The notes beneath the pieces are model-generated. The model was given only the letters and a program-made list of their open reading frames with translations. It did not search any database and was not told the DNA's origin. From Trypanosoma brucei (lineage: Eukaryota): a stretch of 64,000 nucleotides of DNA. Positions 12,413 through 24,248 of the stretch are shown one piece after another; within the stretch, counting starts at the first letter, position 1; every line of letters begins with the position of its first letter. The DNA lies in NCBI GenBank assembly GCA_000002445.1, contig CP000067.1:800001-864000 (forward strand), given 5' to 3'. A program made the translations under genes and the position numbers.

Positions 12413-13759
12413 ATGCTGCGCCATACATGCAGGCGGTTGTTACTTAATGTATCGGGGGAGAGCCCGTCGTTCCGTGCAAAGCCCATACGGAATCTGCAGA
12501 TGGATGTGCAGATGAGCCCCTACAAGGAGCAATTCAAAGACTACTGGTCCACACCCGTGCCATGGGCAGATCGCGAGTACGGCGAGAAGCCAAAACTCGG
12601 GGCTCCCGTTCCCACGCGTCGGGCTGCAACGGCGGTTGTGATTGGAATGAACCGTCACGCCGACATGGCGAAGGTTGAACGCGGTGAGGACAATGATTAC
12701 AAGGTGCTCATGATGTATCGCGAAGGAAAAAGCCGCTTTGTGCGGGACCAGTTCATCCTACCGTCAATGCCAGTGAGTTTGGAGGATAGTTCGGAGGATT
12801 GGGAAAAGATTCTCCGCCGCCGCGGTGTGAAAACTCAGTGGACGGACCTGCATCACCGCCTCTGCGCGATGCGGGCGCTATTTGCACAAATGAATATTCT
12901 TCTCATTCCAAAGGAGGGGGGCGGGCTTGCGGAGGTTGAGGGACCGCCTGGACCCAAGAAGTGGCACTTGCTCGTCCATTCAAACCCCAAGGCAATGAAG
13001 AACCTGGTGGATGTTCTGGAGTTACCGATGGAAACGTGTTTGTCACAGCTGCTGCCGTTCCGCAGCATCACAACACCAACAACGGAAACCTTTCGTTTCT
13101 GCAATCTCAATTACCTGGTGCCCTTTGAGAAGGTACCGGACGTGCGATTTACTATTAGTACTCTGGGAGAGAAGCTTGTGTGGGTGTCACCGATGGAGGC
13201 CATGGCACGTTTTAACGCCGGTATCATGAACATGCCCACGCCCAGCCTTATTCTTCTGTCTGAGTTGAACAACGAGTGCCCCACCTTTGCGGATGTGATG
13301 AAGCGGAAGCCACACGACAGTTACCGCGATGTCCTCCCTGAGTTGTTTCGTCACAACCAAACAAAAGTCGCCACAATCCTTCTCCCTGGTGACCTTCAAC
13401 ACACCAGCACAACAGAAGAAGATAAGGCTCAACAATATGTCCGTCGGTTTGTGTATGAAAAGGATTACCCCTTCGGTGTGCGCGCGGTGTTTGAGGAACG
13501 GCCGGCGACGGTAGAGGAATCAGCGGGACCTTTAGAGCAGGAAATGCCCAAATTGTTGGAGGAGGCAAATGAAATGGATATGGTTTACGCCGAGGTGCCG
13601 TACCCAAAGAGGGAGAAGCGGCCGGAGGAAATCGGTCGTACAGCATTTGCCGTTCCAAATTACACTTTTCAAGAGGGAGTGGAGAACGCAGATGGCGTCA
13701 TCCCAGTGAAGAAGCGGAACATCGGAAGCGTGGGGGATTTGTACTCGCACACAAAATAA
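12413..13759 (+). CDS. hypothetical protein (448 aa)
   Basis: Long ORF co-directional with the cluster. No domain recognised. Confidence 0.5.
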   Translation: MLRHTCRRLLLNVSGESPSFRAKPIRNLQMDVQMSPYKEQFKDYWSTPVPWADREYGEKPKLGAPVPTRRAATAVVIGMNRHADMAKVERGEDNDYKVLMMYREGKSRFVRDQFILPSMPVSLEDSSEDWEKILRRRGVKTQWTDLHHRLCAMRALFAQMNILLIPKEGGGLAEVEGPPGPKKWHLLVHSNPKAMKNLVDVLELPMETCLSQLLPFRSITTPTTETFRFCNLNYLVPFEKVPDVRFTISTLGEKLVWVSPMEAMARFNAGIMNMPTPSLILLSELNNECPTFADVMKRKPHDSYRDVLPELFRHNQTKVATILLPGDLQHTSTTEEDKAQQYVRRFVYEKDYPFGVRAVFEERPATVEESAGPLEQEMPKLLEEANEMDMVYAEVPYPKREKRPEEIGRTAFAVPNYTFQEGVENADGVIPVKKRNIGSVGDLYSHTK

Positions 13760-14312
13760 GTGAAGAAATGGAACGGAGGAGAAGGGAGGAACGTGGCATG
13801 CGAAGAGCTGGTTTTGATGATGTGGAGTGGTATCGCCCAGTTCCTTGGTGCTTACATATTTGATTTTATTTTGCTTCGTGGGAACGGGCGGTCGGCCGCA
13901 AGAAGAGAGAAGGAATGTGGCCACCGCTGGGTTGGAAGTGCCGGAAAATGCGGAAGGGGTTCTGTTGGTTCAGTATCGATCTCGTGCGTCACACACATTT
14001 TTTTCATTTCTTTCCCTTTCCATCTGTTCTACCACTGTTTCCGCGGCTATCGCTTCTGACACAGTGGCGTTCGATTCGCATCACATTCATCTGAAGCTTG
14101 GTGCTTAAGTCTGAGAAACGTTTTTTGGCATCTCTTCTTCTGTTTGTTTGTTGCTATTGTTGTTTTTTCGCTGTGCTGCCGGCATTTGTAATTGCATTTT
14201 ATCACTTCACCGAACGCATGCACGGGCTTCCACCAAAAACTAAGGAAAGAACAGAACGGATAAAGGGATATAAAGTTGCGAGACCGCATATATCATATGG
14301 TTTAGCTCAAGG

Positions 14313-14819
14313 TTGTTGGATATGAAGGTATCGTCGTTTATTGTTCAGCTCCGCCCGGGTTTCTTTCGCCTTATGATTCATGCCAAACCTGGCGCGCGGA
14401 GTACCGCGTTGGCTGCCCAACCACAAGCGCTCGATGAAGCTCTGGAGGTTCGGCTGGCGGCACCACCTGTGGATGGAAAGGCGAACACAGAACTTGTTGA
14501 GTTCATGCAAACACTTTTGGAACAGCAACTGGCCACACTTCGTATCACTCAAAAACAACATCTGCGGAAAAGCGGCTGTGAGGATGGGGAAGATGAAGTG
14601 TACACGTACGAGCACTACGCAAAGAAGAAAAAGAGTAAGAACAACAAGCGGATGAATGAAGATTCGAAGTCTGGGGAAGCGAAAGTTGAATATCCGGATG
14701 ATAAGGTGCGGGTGTCGCTAGTGAGTGGCCTCACAAGTAGAAATAAAGTACTAGAAGTTACGTTTCCCGGAACAGAGGAAGACCTGTTGGCTGTGCTCAA
14801 GTCTGCCGATTTTTCATGA
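14313..14819 (+). CDS. DUF167 / YggU (UPF0235) family protein
   Basis: 'SFIVQLRPGFFRLMIHAKPGARSTALAAQPQALDEALEVRLAAPPVDGKANTELVEFMQ' matches the conserved DUF167 core. Confidence 0.65.
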   Translation: MLDMKVSSFIVQLRPGFFRLMIHAKPGARSTALAAQPQALDEALEVRLAAPPVDGKANTELVEFMQTLLEQQLATLRITQKQHLRKSGCEDGEDEVYTYEHYAKKKKSKNNKRMNEDSKSGEAKVEYPDDKVRVSLVSGLTSRNKVLEVTFPGTEEDLLAVLKSADFS

Positions 14820-14884
14820 GGGAGGGGGTGCCTCGTGTCTTTCTTCCCTTGCTTTGCGGCTTTATTTGCCATCGACTCCGCATA

Positions 14885-14890
<6 letters not shown>

Positions 14891-14919
<29 letters not shown>

Positions 14920-14928
14920 GTGTGTGTG
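14891..14928. repeat. (TA)14 followed by (GT)5. Similar (TA)n tracts occur at 4921-4948, 8187-8203, 24037-24059 and 27781-27805.
   Basis: Direct read. Confidence 0.9.
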
Positions 14929-15514
14929 TCAGCGCGTTAATGTGAATGCAAGTTTACAGCAGAGGACGGTGGGACGAGTTGAATCCACCCCATAATTGCT
15001 TCCATCGCCGTATGCTCGCTTAATCTCCCACTGGTCATGCTGAGGCGGAAACAACTTTAATGGCTTCTCTTTTGGGTTGCCTTATTATTTTTACCCAATC
15101 CATTTATTGATACCGTCGTCTGTTGCAAACTTTTTTGTGCGTCTTTCTTTCCTTCTTTTACTATTCGTCGTTTGTGTCTGACATGATTTACAAGGGCACA
15201 ACTCAACCACAGAAGGAGTAACCGACACGTCCGTACGTCTCGTCCCAACGTACATAAAGGGGGGAAGAAGGTAAGGGAGTGGATCTGGACACAGCGGCAA
15301 AGCAGTTGAGCAATTACAGCCTCTGAAGCAAGGTAAATAAAAAGAAAGAAAAAGTATCAACAAAAAAGGGGGAACTATTTCCCTGCTTTCACGTTCTTTT
15401 TTCTTTTTATTGAAGTCTACACACGCGTGATTGTTGCGCGAACATATTTGCTCACGTGAGCCATTACTACTGTTGTTATTTACTTACAAGTTATATTTAT
15501 ATTTACAGGATCGG

Positions 15515-16213
15515 ATGCACCCGTTCTACACTATACGTTACCCACCGTCAAAAGGCTCCAATGAAAGCCAGCCAATATTAGTGACAGACACGGCGATAGA
15601 GCCACTATTCTTCTGTATTGTGTACTCTATCGAGTTTCAGTGCCCCGTGCAGACAACAGAATCCCGCACGGCAAATTCGCGCTCCAGTAGTTTCCCCTTC
15701 GGTGGCAGGGCCAGTGGCAGCGGAGGCAAAAGGGAAGCGAATGAGTTGCATGTGTGTCCCGTGGAAAACACAAGCAAACTTCTGGGGAATGTAACGTATG
15801 TGTCGTGCCTCGATCACAACCCGACTCTTCTTGCCTCTTTGCAGACGGCAGTTGATGCAGCTCGCGCCATTCCTATTCCGGAGGACGAGCAGAAAGTGCC
15901 GCTTCAGCTATGTGTGCGGCTGCTGCATAAACAAACTCGGTGGCTGTGGGAAGAGTCACGGCCTCTCGTCGAATGGACGTTTAAGATTGTCAAAACGCGG
16001 GGGCTCAGCTACGCAGCGGTTCCGGAAGCCTCCAGTGGCGCGAGTGCACGCAATACAAATGTCGAATTTGTGCATGCAAGTGGTCCTGCACAAATTAGAG
16101 AAGTTCTCCAATTCATACTCAAGCATAGCTACGAGGCCATTGATCTCAACACCTTTTCAGACTTTAAGTCAGGGGAGTTGGTATTTGAAGTATTTGTGGA
16201 TCAGGCACGATGA
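15515..16213 (+). CDS. hypothetical protein. The start is placed at an internal ATG after a pyrimidine-rich leader; the ORF itself opens at 15431.
   Basis: ORF of 260 aa. The N-terminal 28 codons look like UTR (a TA-rich 'LYLYLQ' stretch). Confidence 0.4.
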   Translation: MHPFYTIRYPPSKGSNESQPILVTDTAIEPLFFCIVYSIEFQCPVQTTESRTANSRSSSFPFGGRASGSGGKREANELHVCPVENTSKLLGNVTYVSCLDHNPTLLASLQTAVDAARAIPIPEDEQKVPLQLCVRLLHKQTRWLWEESRPLVEWTFKIVKTRGLSYAAVPEASSGASARNTNVEFVHASGPAQIREVLQFILKHSYEAIDLNTFSDFKSGELVFEVFVDQAR

Positions 16214-17232
16214 TTGTCATAATGACGGTGTGGAAACCATATGAACGGTTACGTTAAAACTCGTGGCCAGAGGATCGCAGAGGGCCCCGTGTGTTGCCCA
16301 TATTTGATGCTCCTTATCGACCGTCGTGTACAGTCGTTCACCTTTTAAGTTGTCTCTTGCCTTTTTATGGTCCCCCCCCCCTGCGTGCGCATGCGCTTCG
16401 ATCATATGCTGAAAAGCACGTTTTATTCCAAAGGGGGGGACTAAGGTAGCAAAGGGGGGGGTAGAAATCAGTTCTGTACGTTTTCAGTTTATTTCAGCGT
16501 ACGCGTACCACATAAGCGCGAAGTCGTGTCTGCTTCAGTATTTACGTGTAATTGTACACATACGTCTGGACCTGGCACTATCACAACTGGGGAGGCGAAG
16601 TGAATTAGTAACCTTGGCTATAGCCCCTGGTGTGCTTCCTTTTTTTTGTTTAATTTTGTTGCTTCTGTCGACTGGCAATCCCGTTGTGCGTATGTCTGTA
16701 GGTGGGGCTCTAAAAAGGGGGGGTCGAGTTTCACTGTTTAGATGCATTTGCTGTTACAAATTTACACATATATGTGCGCAGATGAGTGAGCGCCGCAGTG
16801 GTCGACGGGATGGCGGAGTGCCGCGACCATCTTCCGCACTTTTTCACACACTCTTTCAACGTTTTTTTCTGCTATTTTAGAGCACACGTGCGCTCCCTAA
16901 CGTGCGGAGCGCCGTTGCCTCCTTGTGGCTTTTCTTACTTTGTTGAATCAAGTGAGGGAAGGGAAACGGGGTACAACAAAGTTATCTTCAAGTGTTGTGA
17001 CTGCGGGCGTTTATGCGCTCGCCGTGGTTTTTTGTGAACAACAGAGAGAAAGCCAAACGTTCTGACGTGGTCTGTTGGCTGCATCCTGTCTAGTAGGGGC
17101 TCATGCCTTTACCATCACGTCGCCACAACTACTAAGTGCGTGAAAAGGAATAAATAAATCACCTAGGCAAAAATACATACATATATCGAGGCGGAGGGAG
17201 AACAACGTGCGTAAAATAGTATCTGGGCGGGG

Positions 17233-18327
17233 ATGCCGTTATGTGTTCCTCTTCTTCAAAATGTGTTGGCATGGTACGGTGATGAATTATCGATATCACT
17301 CGCACTCTTATCAACCTCGCCATCTGTTCGTTTCTTCTGCGAGCGACACGCGGAACCACCGCTGCGGATACTGGCGGGAACATGGACCGTGCAATGCAGA
17401 ACTGACGGGCCCCGCTTTATTACGCACAACGTAGGTATAAAGGTTGCGGACGCCCTCGGTGCGGATGTCTTTTCGTCTATGGCGTGGTGGTGTAACCGGA
17501 TCGTTACCAGCAGTAGCGGTCGGGGCCGGGAGCCGGTTCAGTTACATCTCAACCTCAACGGTGCACGGTGCTCCGTAGAACAGGTGCTGCAAGGGGCGTT
17601 GGCTTTCCGAACCCTTGTGGAGTTGTCCCTTCGCCGAGTGTCAATAAAAGATGTCAACGTGCTTGGAAAAATGCCATCGCTGCAGAAGCTAGATTTGGTG
17701 GAAGCAAGTGTCGCCGACAGTGGCATTGTTGGCCTCGGTGATAGTAACAGTTTGGTGAGCATTAACTTATGGGGATGTGAAGACATTGCCGATGTGAGTG
17801 TGCTTGGTAAGATACCAACTTTACGTGAGCTTGTAGTCGCTGAGACAAAAGTCACAGATTGTGGCACCGCAGGTCTTGTGGATTGTGTGAACCTCCGCGA
17901 GTTAAATATGGAGGCGTGCCCCTCCATTACATGCGTGGGGGCCGTGTCAGAGCTTCCAGTCCTCCAGCGGCTGTTGCTTGTAACAACAGCAGTCACTAGC
18001 GCTGGTATCGCAAGTCTGGGAAATAGCCGGAGTTTAGTGGAAATTGACCTGTGGGGTTGCCGCGGTGTGGACAGTGTAAATACTCTGGGGAAAATACCAA
18101 CACTGCGACGCCTTGATCTCTTCGGTACATCTGTGACAAATGAAGGAATCATTGAACTGGGGTGCAGTCAAAGTCTTGAAGAGGTTGATCTCACTTTCTG
18201 CGAAGCCATCAGTGACGTGGGAACCTTGGTCGCCGTACCGACTCTGCAGCGGCTGATACTCTTGCATACGTCTGTGGAAGAAGGGGCATGCAGACAGTTT
18301 AGTAAGCGGGTTTCCATTGCAATTTAA
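17233..18327 (+). CDS. leucine-rich repeat protein (RI-type LRRs, about 10 repeats of ~24 aa with an 'LxxLxLxxTxVTDxGxxxL' pattern)
   Basis: Repeated 'LGKIPTLRELVVAETKVTDCGTAGLVDCVNLRELNM'-type units. Confidence 0.65.
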   Translation: MPLCVPLLQNVLAWYGDELSISLALLSTSPSVRFFCERHAEPPLRILAGTWTVQCRTDGPRFITHNVGIKVADALGADVFSSMAWWCNRIVTSSSGRGREPVQLHLNLNGARCSVEQVLQGALAFRTLVELSLRRVSIKDVNVLGKMPSLQKLDLVEASVADSGIVGLGDSNSLVSINLWGCEDIADVSVLGKIPTLRELVVAETKVTDCGTAGLVDCVNLRELNMEACPSITCVGAVSELPVLQRLLLVTTAVTSAGIASLGNSRSLVEIDLWGCRGVDSVNTLGKIPTLRRLDLFGTSVTNEGIIELGCSQSLEEVDLTFCEAISDVGTLVAVPTLQRLILLHTSVEEGACRQFSKRVSIAI

Positions 18328-18646
18328 TACACACTTCTTGCTCGTGACACAATCCGCTGACAAACGGCTTTGCACGTTTAACCCGTGTATGCGGGTACGG
18401 GGTAGTGTGCGGTCCATTTTGGTGCCTGACGACGGGTAAATACTCTTCCCTCACAATGCCGTTCGGATACGGGAGAAGGAGGAGGAGGAGTATGCGACCG
18501 AGAAAGATCGTGTACAACGCGCATATTTGTGTACATATGCATATATTATTGTGTCTTATGTTGCTTTGCATTTGCTCTATCCATTTTATTCTACCGTCCA
18601 GACATTAGGTTGTTGTACTGCCTGTAGGCGGTCCTGCCAAGGCAGA

Positions 18647-19906
18647 ATGAGTGGCGTGGAACCCGAACCACGGGCCCGCACGGATTTGGCCTCTATGCTG
18701 AAGGAGGCGCAGTCGGCCATACTCCGTCTCGTCAAGGAGGCACCAGAGCTACGCGACGCAACCATAGAGCCATCGCAATATGAATGGGCTTGTCAGCGCA
18801 TGGAAAAGGCGTACGGTAGTATCTTAAAGATTCAGGCGCCGATGGTGCGTTGCAGCCGTCCTGCATTCCGCAAGCTCTGTAGGTTGTGGGGAACGGATAT
18901 CAGCTACACACACATGATCATGGCGGATAGTTTCGCTTGTTCGGAGGCTGCGCGTCAGGCCGAGTTCTCCATTTATTCCGGTGAAACTCGCCTCATCACA
19001 CAGCTTGCATCTTCCAGCGGACCCACGGCTGCAACGGCGGCGGCCATAGTGGCCCCTTGGTGCGACGCCATTGATCTCAACTGTGGTTGTCCGCAACGAC
19101 GTGTTATGGCGGATGGGCTCGGTGCAGCACTTCTGAGAAACCCGGAAGTTGTGGCAGATACCGTAAGATGCGTAAGAAACGCGCTTGAGGGCGGTGTGGA
19201 GTTGCCGTGCGTGGTGAAAATGCGGGTGAAGGACGATGTGCGACTTAGCGTCGACTTCGCGCGGCAGTGTGAGGCGGCCGGTGCGGCATGGATTACTGTC
19301 CACGGGCGGACCCCAAATTGCAGTGCACACGCACCCGTCAGATTTGACGCAATCAACACGATTCGTGAGGCACTTGGCGTCCCTGTTGTTGCAAATGGTG
19401 GCGTGCGAGATCCGAGCACGGCGCTTCAGGCTGCCTTAACAGCTGGTGTAGGCGGAGTGATGAGCGGAATGGGACTGCTGGCGAATCCTGCGTGCTTTTA
19501 CGTGCCTGGGGCTGACGAAAAGTTCCACTTTGAGCCGCAGCACATCGCATACGGAACAGGGTCGTGCCCTTGGGAAAGTGGTTCTGAAGTGAGGGAGGAA
19601 CACATTGACGCGCGAAAGAGATGCTTGTCCACAGGACACTCTGGTGGTGAGAGAGATGCAAAAACCGTATGGCCGAAAGGGTTCTCTCACTGTCCTCTAG
19701 AAGTTTTGTCAGACTTCATTCGTCTGAGTTGCGTTACTGACCTCGGGTCTAAGGCAACCTCGATGCATCTGCTGAAGATGGGCGGCAATTATTTGAGTCC
19801 TGTGGAACGAACCTTCATTGCAGAAATGCACTCCTCCTTCTCCGTTATAGCGGCTTTCCAGCAGTTGGGTCTTTACGTGCGGGAGGGAAGGTTTCAGGTG
19901 GAATAA
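18647..19906 (+). CDS. tRNA-dihydrouridine synthase (Dus family). The start is set at the ATG of 'MSGVEPE'; the ORF opens at 18527.
   Basis: 'PMVRCSRPAFRKLCRLWGTDISYTHMIMADSF', 'VVKMRV' and 'ITVHGRT' match the Dus TIM-barrel signature motifs. Confidence 0.75.
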   Translation: MSGVEPEPRARTDLASMLKEAQSAILRLVKEAPELRDATIEPSQYEWACQRMEKAYGSILKIQAPMVRCSRPAFRKLCRLWGTDISYTHMIMADSFACSEAARQAEFSIYSGETRLITQLASSSGPTAATAAAIVAPWCDAIDLNCGCPQRRVMADGLGAALLRNPEVVADTVRCVRNALEGGVELPCVVKMRVKDDVRLSVDFARQCEAAGAAWITVHGRTPNCSAHAPVRFDAINTIREALGVPVVANGGVRDPSTALQAALTAGVGGVMSGMGLLANPACFYVPGADEKFHFEPQHIAYGTGSCPWESGSEVREEHIDARKRCLSTGHSGGERDAKTVWPKGFSHCPLEVLSDFIRLSCVTDLGSKATSMHLLKMGGNYLSPVERTFIAEMHSSFSVIAAFQQLGLYVREGRFQVE

Positions 19907-20473
19907 AGTATCCCCACGAAGCGATGCGTTAGGATGCTCACCATGCACACACGCAGTAACGATCACCGTTTCTATATGCAAGATATATCCACAAGCGCAC
20001 ACTACCCCCTTTCCACTTCTCACTTGTTTTTTCTTGTCACTGGTATGCGTAACAAGACACTCAACCCACTTGATTTAACCACTAATTCGTACTCTTGACT
20101 AGTGTTGCGGAGAATACGAACAAAACCCGGTGACTGTCACTTTCTTTCCTTAATTCTCCTCTTTTCTTTTCCCCCAACCCCGACACTGCTGTCGTGTCTA
20201 CTTTCGATCGTTGCTTATACGGTTACGATCCATTTTAAGTGGTCGGAAGCGGGGCGGCCATTGCTCGTAGAATTGGAAGCAATATTCCTATCGTGCATAC
20301 TCGCTTCAGTATACGTATTTATATATACACCACGCAGGTGCCCTTGAGTACCCTGTTGGTGCACCGCAGGAAACGCAAAGGAAACACGAACGCGTATATA
20401 CAACATACGCAGTTACGCAACAAAATAGAGGAGATTTTAGAGTTTAGAACAATAATTAGTGGTGGCATAAAAC

Positions 20474-23275
20474 ATGGAAATTGAAGGGCATGAGACCGAA
20501 GCCATGCCAACGGCTACCAAATATGACCCGACGGAATGTGGAAGAACCGAAGGGTCCCATATTACTCAAATTAACGTGACTGTACAAGGAAGAGGAAGAC
20601 CTCCAACAGTGCCCGAGGGTGCCAGCGTTGAAAAACCGAAGTCTATCCTAAAAAACACGACTGGAACCTCGACTACAAGTGCTGAGGCTTCCCGCAAGCG
20701 GACCGTGAGGTTTGGCGGGTCCGACACGTTTGAAGCTGCACCGTACTTCAGCACACCAGAGAGCAATAGTGAGGAAGGCTCTGTTGATTCTCGGGGGGGC
20801 GGTGACAACATAGGCGCGGCCGCTGCACCAAGGGCTGGAAAGGAGCGCCACGATGACGACGACGATCAACTTGAGACAGGTAGCAACACGAGCGAGCCAA
20901 CAAGTCCGCGACTCGGAGCGATAGGTTGGGTGCCATTAGCAGTACAGCGCCCCCCAGCTGGTGAGCATCGGAAGGGCAAACAAGGGAATAAACCCACAGA
21001 AGGCAAACGAAACGAAATGGCTTCCTGGGAAATGCCTTCGACGCATCAGGGTGGAAAAGGGAAAGGTGAGGGCTCACTTCTTGACGTGAGCGTCAGTGAA
21101 TCGACGCTGTCGCCTGGTAGTGAGAAGTCTCTGATTGCAGCCGCAGATGACGAAAATAACATAGAAAAGCACCGAAAAGACGTTAAAGCAGTTGACTTGG
21201 TGGCAAAATCCAGAACGAGTGGGAAGCCACCCAGAGGGGAAGTGCTCACCGTTACCGGTCTTTCACTAGATAAAATACCCATACAAGAGAGTCGTGGTAC
21301 TGATTATAAGGAAAACTCAACGGACGATCTTCCGAGGTTGTTCTACCCCACACCGAGACCTCAGAAGGACTTCAACAACGCGGAGGAAGAAAAACCCCCG
21401 CTGCGGCACCGTGACTCGCACACCGACGGGGACGACGGAGATAAGCCTGGTACCGTGTCTGCTGAACTCTTAGACCACTTGCAGCGAAAGTCCGGGGTCG
21501 GCGATCTGCTAAATCCTGAAGGTGGCGTTGACCCGCAGCACTTGATGTTTGATGATAACCTCGCTCCCCCTGCGCGGAGGAAAGGAAGTGTTGCCTCGCA
21601 TACAAATCACGACGACTACGACCGTCTTATTCATCCCTCTATCCGGTTGTTCCCAGACCTTCCGCCGCCTATCGCAGCAAGTGACTCTGAGCCATCGGTG
21701 ATTGTAGAAGTGATGGCCATAGAACAAGCAAATGCTGACAATGCGGAAGTAGGAATATCAAGAAGCGGCAACCATCAGCAAGCCGGTTGGATGTCCTCTT
21801 CGGTCAAAGCCACATTCGAAGGGCCCAACACAATTTCACCCATAGGAACGGGGTACGTGTTCAATTCATCTGGGGCTGGAGTTGATACCTGCGTCAGCAA
21901 CACAGAGAATGGTTGGAGTGCCGTTTTAAATGCTACACCTCTCAAGATAGGCGGCGGCTCAAAGAATGTGGTCCACCGTAAAAATAGCAATACGGGGTTT
22001 GATTTGAAATCAGACTTCCTCATGTCAAGTGTGCAAACAGAGTCGGAAACAATACGCGGTGAACACCGCCCAAATGTAGCAAAGCCGGTGGATGTGCAGA
22101 CTGTCAGTTGTGCTACGGAAATGTGGCGGGAAGTTCTTAACAATGATGAGGAGTACACGATGCAATCCAGCAAGGCAGGCAGGTACCTCCCAGGGGACTT
22201 CTTCGAGGGTGTGCAAGCAAGCATGGGCAACGACGCTACAAACAAAGGCATACGAAAGGGGAGCGCATCCAAATCCGCATCGTTACTTCCAATCAGGGGA
22301 ATGGAAATCGTTCGACCAACCAAACCGCAAGGGGAAAGCACTCGCAAAACCAGTGTCTACCGCAAGAGCCGCTCGGTAGAGCGTCGTAAAACGGAAAAAG
22401 AGCAGCCGAAGGTACTGGCGGTGGAGGTGGTGGCGGGGGCCGAGTCACGCAGCGCCCTGGATGAATCTACCAACCCCAGGGAACCGCAAGCAGCGGCGCG
22501 GGCCACGACGTCCAGCAAAGAGAGGTCCCTTTGTGTGGTGCAACCATGTGGGGGAAAGGTAAGTGCAAGTGAACTAAGTGCACTGGCTTCCACGCAGCTG
22601 ATGTCCAAGGACACCTCGTTGAGCGAAGACTGCGCGAGCAGGTTGCGGAAGAAGTGGGGAGTAACGCCGAAGAAGGCAGAAAAAGAGGATGATGAAGAAG
22701 AGAGGATACGTCGGGCAGAACGTTTTGAGAGGATCAACCTCGCGTTGCTAAAGCTAGAAGTCTGCAGAAAGAACAATCATTCATCTCATGACACAAGGGG
22801 GTGGGCGTCACCAACAAGCGACTTGGACTCACGGTACGAAACCAAACCCTGGACTCAGGCATATTCCCCCTCTGGTGCCACCACCGACACCCTTGACAAC
22901 GGTTACACTTCATCGATTGATCCCCCACGCTCAAAGTATTGGGACAGGGAAATGGCCGGAGGCACTTCTAAGAGGCATAACTCAAGACCGAGATCACTGT
23001 TTCCGCCGCCGCACTCACCCGTCAAAACCTCAGCTGATCCACCGGTGGACGGCCTCATTTACACACCAGCGAAAACTGCATCGGCACGCAGCGCTTCCTG
23101 GATGTTTGAAAGGAGTCCTGATGAGGATAGGTACAACTCGTACTTCATGGACGCAAACTCACGGCTGCAGGAACTCCGTGTATGTGATTCAATGGCGGCG
23201 AAAAACTTTGCACGTGATCTCTCGTCGCTAGCATCCGCTGTACGGGGCAGTGAACTATTTAGCATGATATCGTGA
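20474..23275 (+). CDS. hypothetical protein, 933 aa, Ser/Thr/Pro/charged-rich, low complexity, probably largely disordered
   Basis: Very long uninterrupted ORF. No domain recognised. Confidence 0.55.
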   Translation: MEIEGHETEAMPTATKYDPTECGRTEGSHITQINVTVQGRGRPPTVPEGASVEKPKSILKNTTGTSTTSAEASRKRTVRFGGSDTFEAAPYFSTPESNSEEGSVDSRGGGDNIGAAAAPRAGKERHDDDDDQLETGSNTSEPTSPRLGAIGWVPLAVQRPPAGEHRKGKQGNKPTEGKRNEMASWEMPSTHQGGKGKGEGSLLDVSVSESTLSPGSEKSLIAAADDENNIEKHRKDVKAVDLVAKSRTSGKPPRGEVLTVTGLSLDKIPIQESRGTDYKENSTDDLPRLFYPTPRPQKDFNNAEEEKPPLRHRDSHTDGDDGDKPGTVSAELLDHLQRKSGVGDLLNPEGGVDPQHLMFDDNLAPPARRKGSVASHTNHDDYDRLIHPSIRLFPDLPPPIAASDSEPSVIVEVMAIEQANADNAEVGISRSGNHQQAGWMSSSVKATFEGPNTISPIGTGYVFNSSGAGVDTCVSNTENGWSAVLNATPLKIGGGSKNVVHRKNSNTGFDLKSDFLMSSVQTESETIRGEHRPNVAKPVDVQTVSCATEMWREVLNNDEEYTMQSSKAGRYLPGDFFEGVQASMGNDATNKGIRKGSASKSASLLPIRGMEIVRPTKPQGESTRKTSVYRKSRSVERRKTEKEQPKVLAVEVVAGAESRSALDESTNPREPQAAARATTSSKERSLCVVQPCGGKVSASELSALASTQLMSKDTSLSEDCASRLRKKWGVTPKKAEKEDDEEERIRRAERFERINLALLKLEVCRKNNHSSHDTRGWASPTSDLDSRYETKPWTQAYSPSGATTDTLDNGYTSSIDPPRSKYWDREMAGGTSKRHNSRPRSLFPPPHSPVKTSADPPVDGLIYTPAKTASARSASWMFERSPDEDRYNSYFMDANSRLQELRVCDSMAAKNFARDLSSLASAVRGSELFSMIS

Positions 23276-24248
23276 GGACACTATGGCGAATAAATCAAAA
23301 ATGTGAGGAAATGAACGGTTTATAGCGGAGTCGAATGCACTTCTGCTGTGCATGGCCTTAGGCTCTTTCTCTGCATGATCCAAATCTTCGTCTGTCCCTT
23401 ACTTGTGTGCGATTTCTGTCAGTGGAGTATTGTTTTTGATTTAAGTGCTTGGTCGTTGTTGTTTTTTTCTCCTTCTTGTTCCTTTAGTTGTCATGTATGG
23501 CTCACAGACGCCATTCACACGCTGTTCGGCAAATTTTCATTTTGTAACCCGACAAATCGGTTGTAACCGGAGAGAGATGTCGTGAAAAGTGGGAAAGGAG
23601 AGGGTATCTATACATAAGCATATATAGAAATGAAGTAAGAGAGAGGCCTCGAACCGAATATGTGAAATTGACAAAACACTTATGGTGAGCACTTCGCGTC
23701 ACGCAAACAGCATGGAAATGGAGCGATATCTCATAGACAGTGACCGAGAAAGTATGGTGGCCAGCGCGGTACGATGTGAAACGCAGCTGTGTGCATGGCC
23801 CTGTACATGTTAGTTAATCACTTCTTCTGTCCCGTCTCCCCCCCCCCCCGTACACACACAGTAGCGGCTTAGCCCTAACAATTTACGAATAGAACCGTAC
23901 TTGTATTGAAACACGGCGAGTCCCCGTTTTTGCTCGCTTTTTTTTTTTTTGGTGGACTTAAACCGCATTTTTCCCTCTTCCTCACTTGTGTTGCACTGCC
24001 CTTGCTTTTGCTCAAACACGTGTGTACGCATATACGTATATATATATATATATATATATGGTAGAGGAATGAATCTCTGACAGACTCATGCGTTTGCTCA
24101 CTCACCTTCATGCCTCCTTCTTTCCTGAACTTACCTCAGTCTTTTAGAATCGAGTAGCATCTGAACACGGCGCGGTGTCACGGGGCCCGCCCTTTGCACA
24201 CGCACACGCAACGCCCCCATACGGCTCCGGCTTTAATACCTTACACCA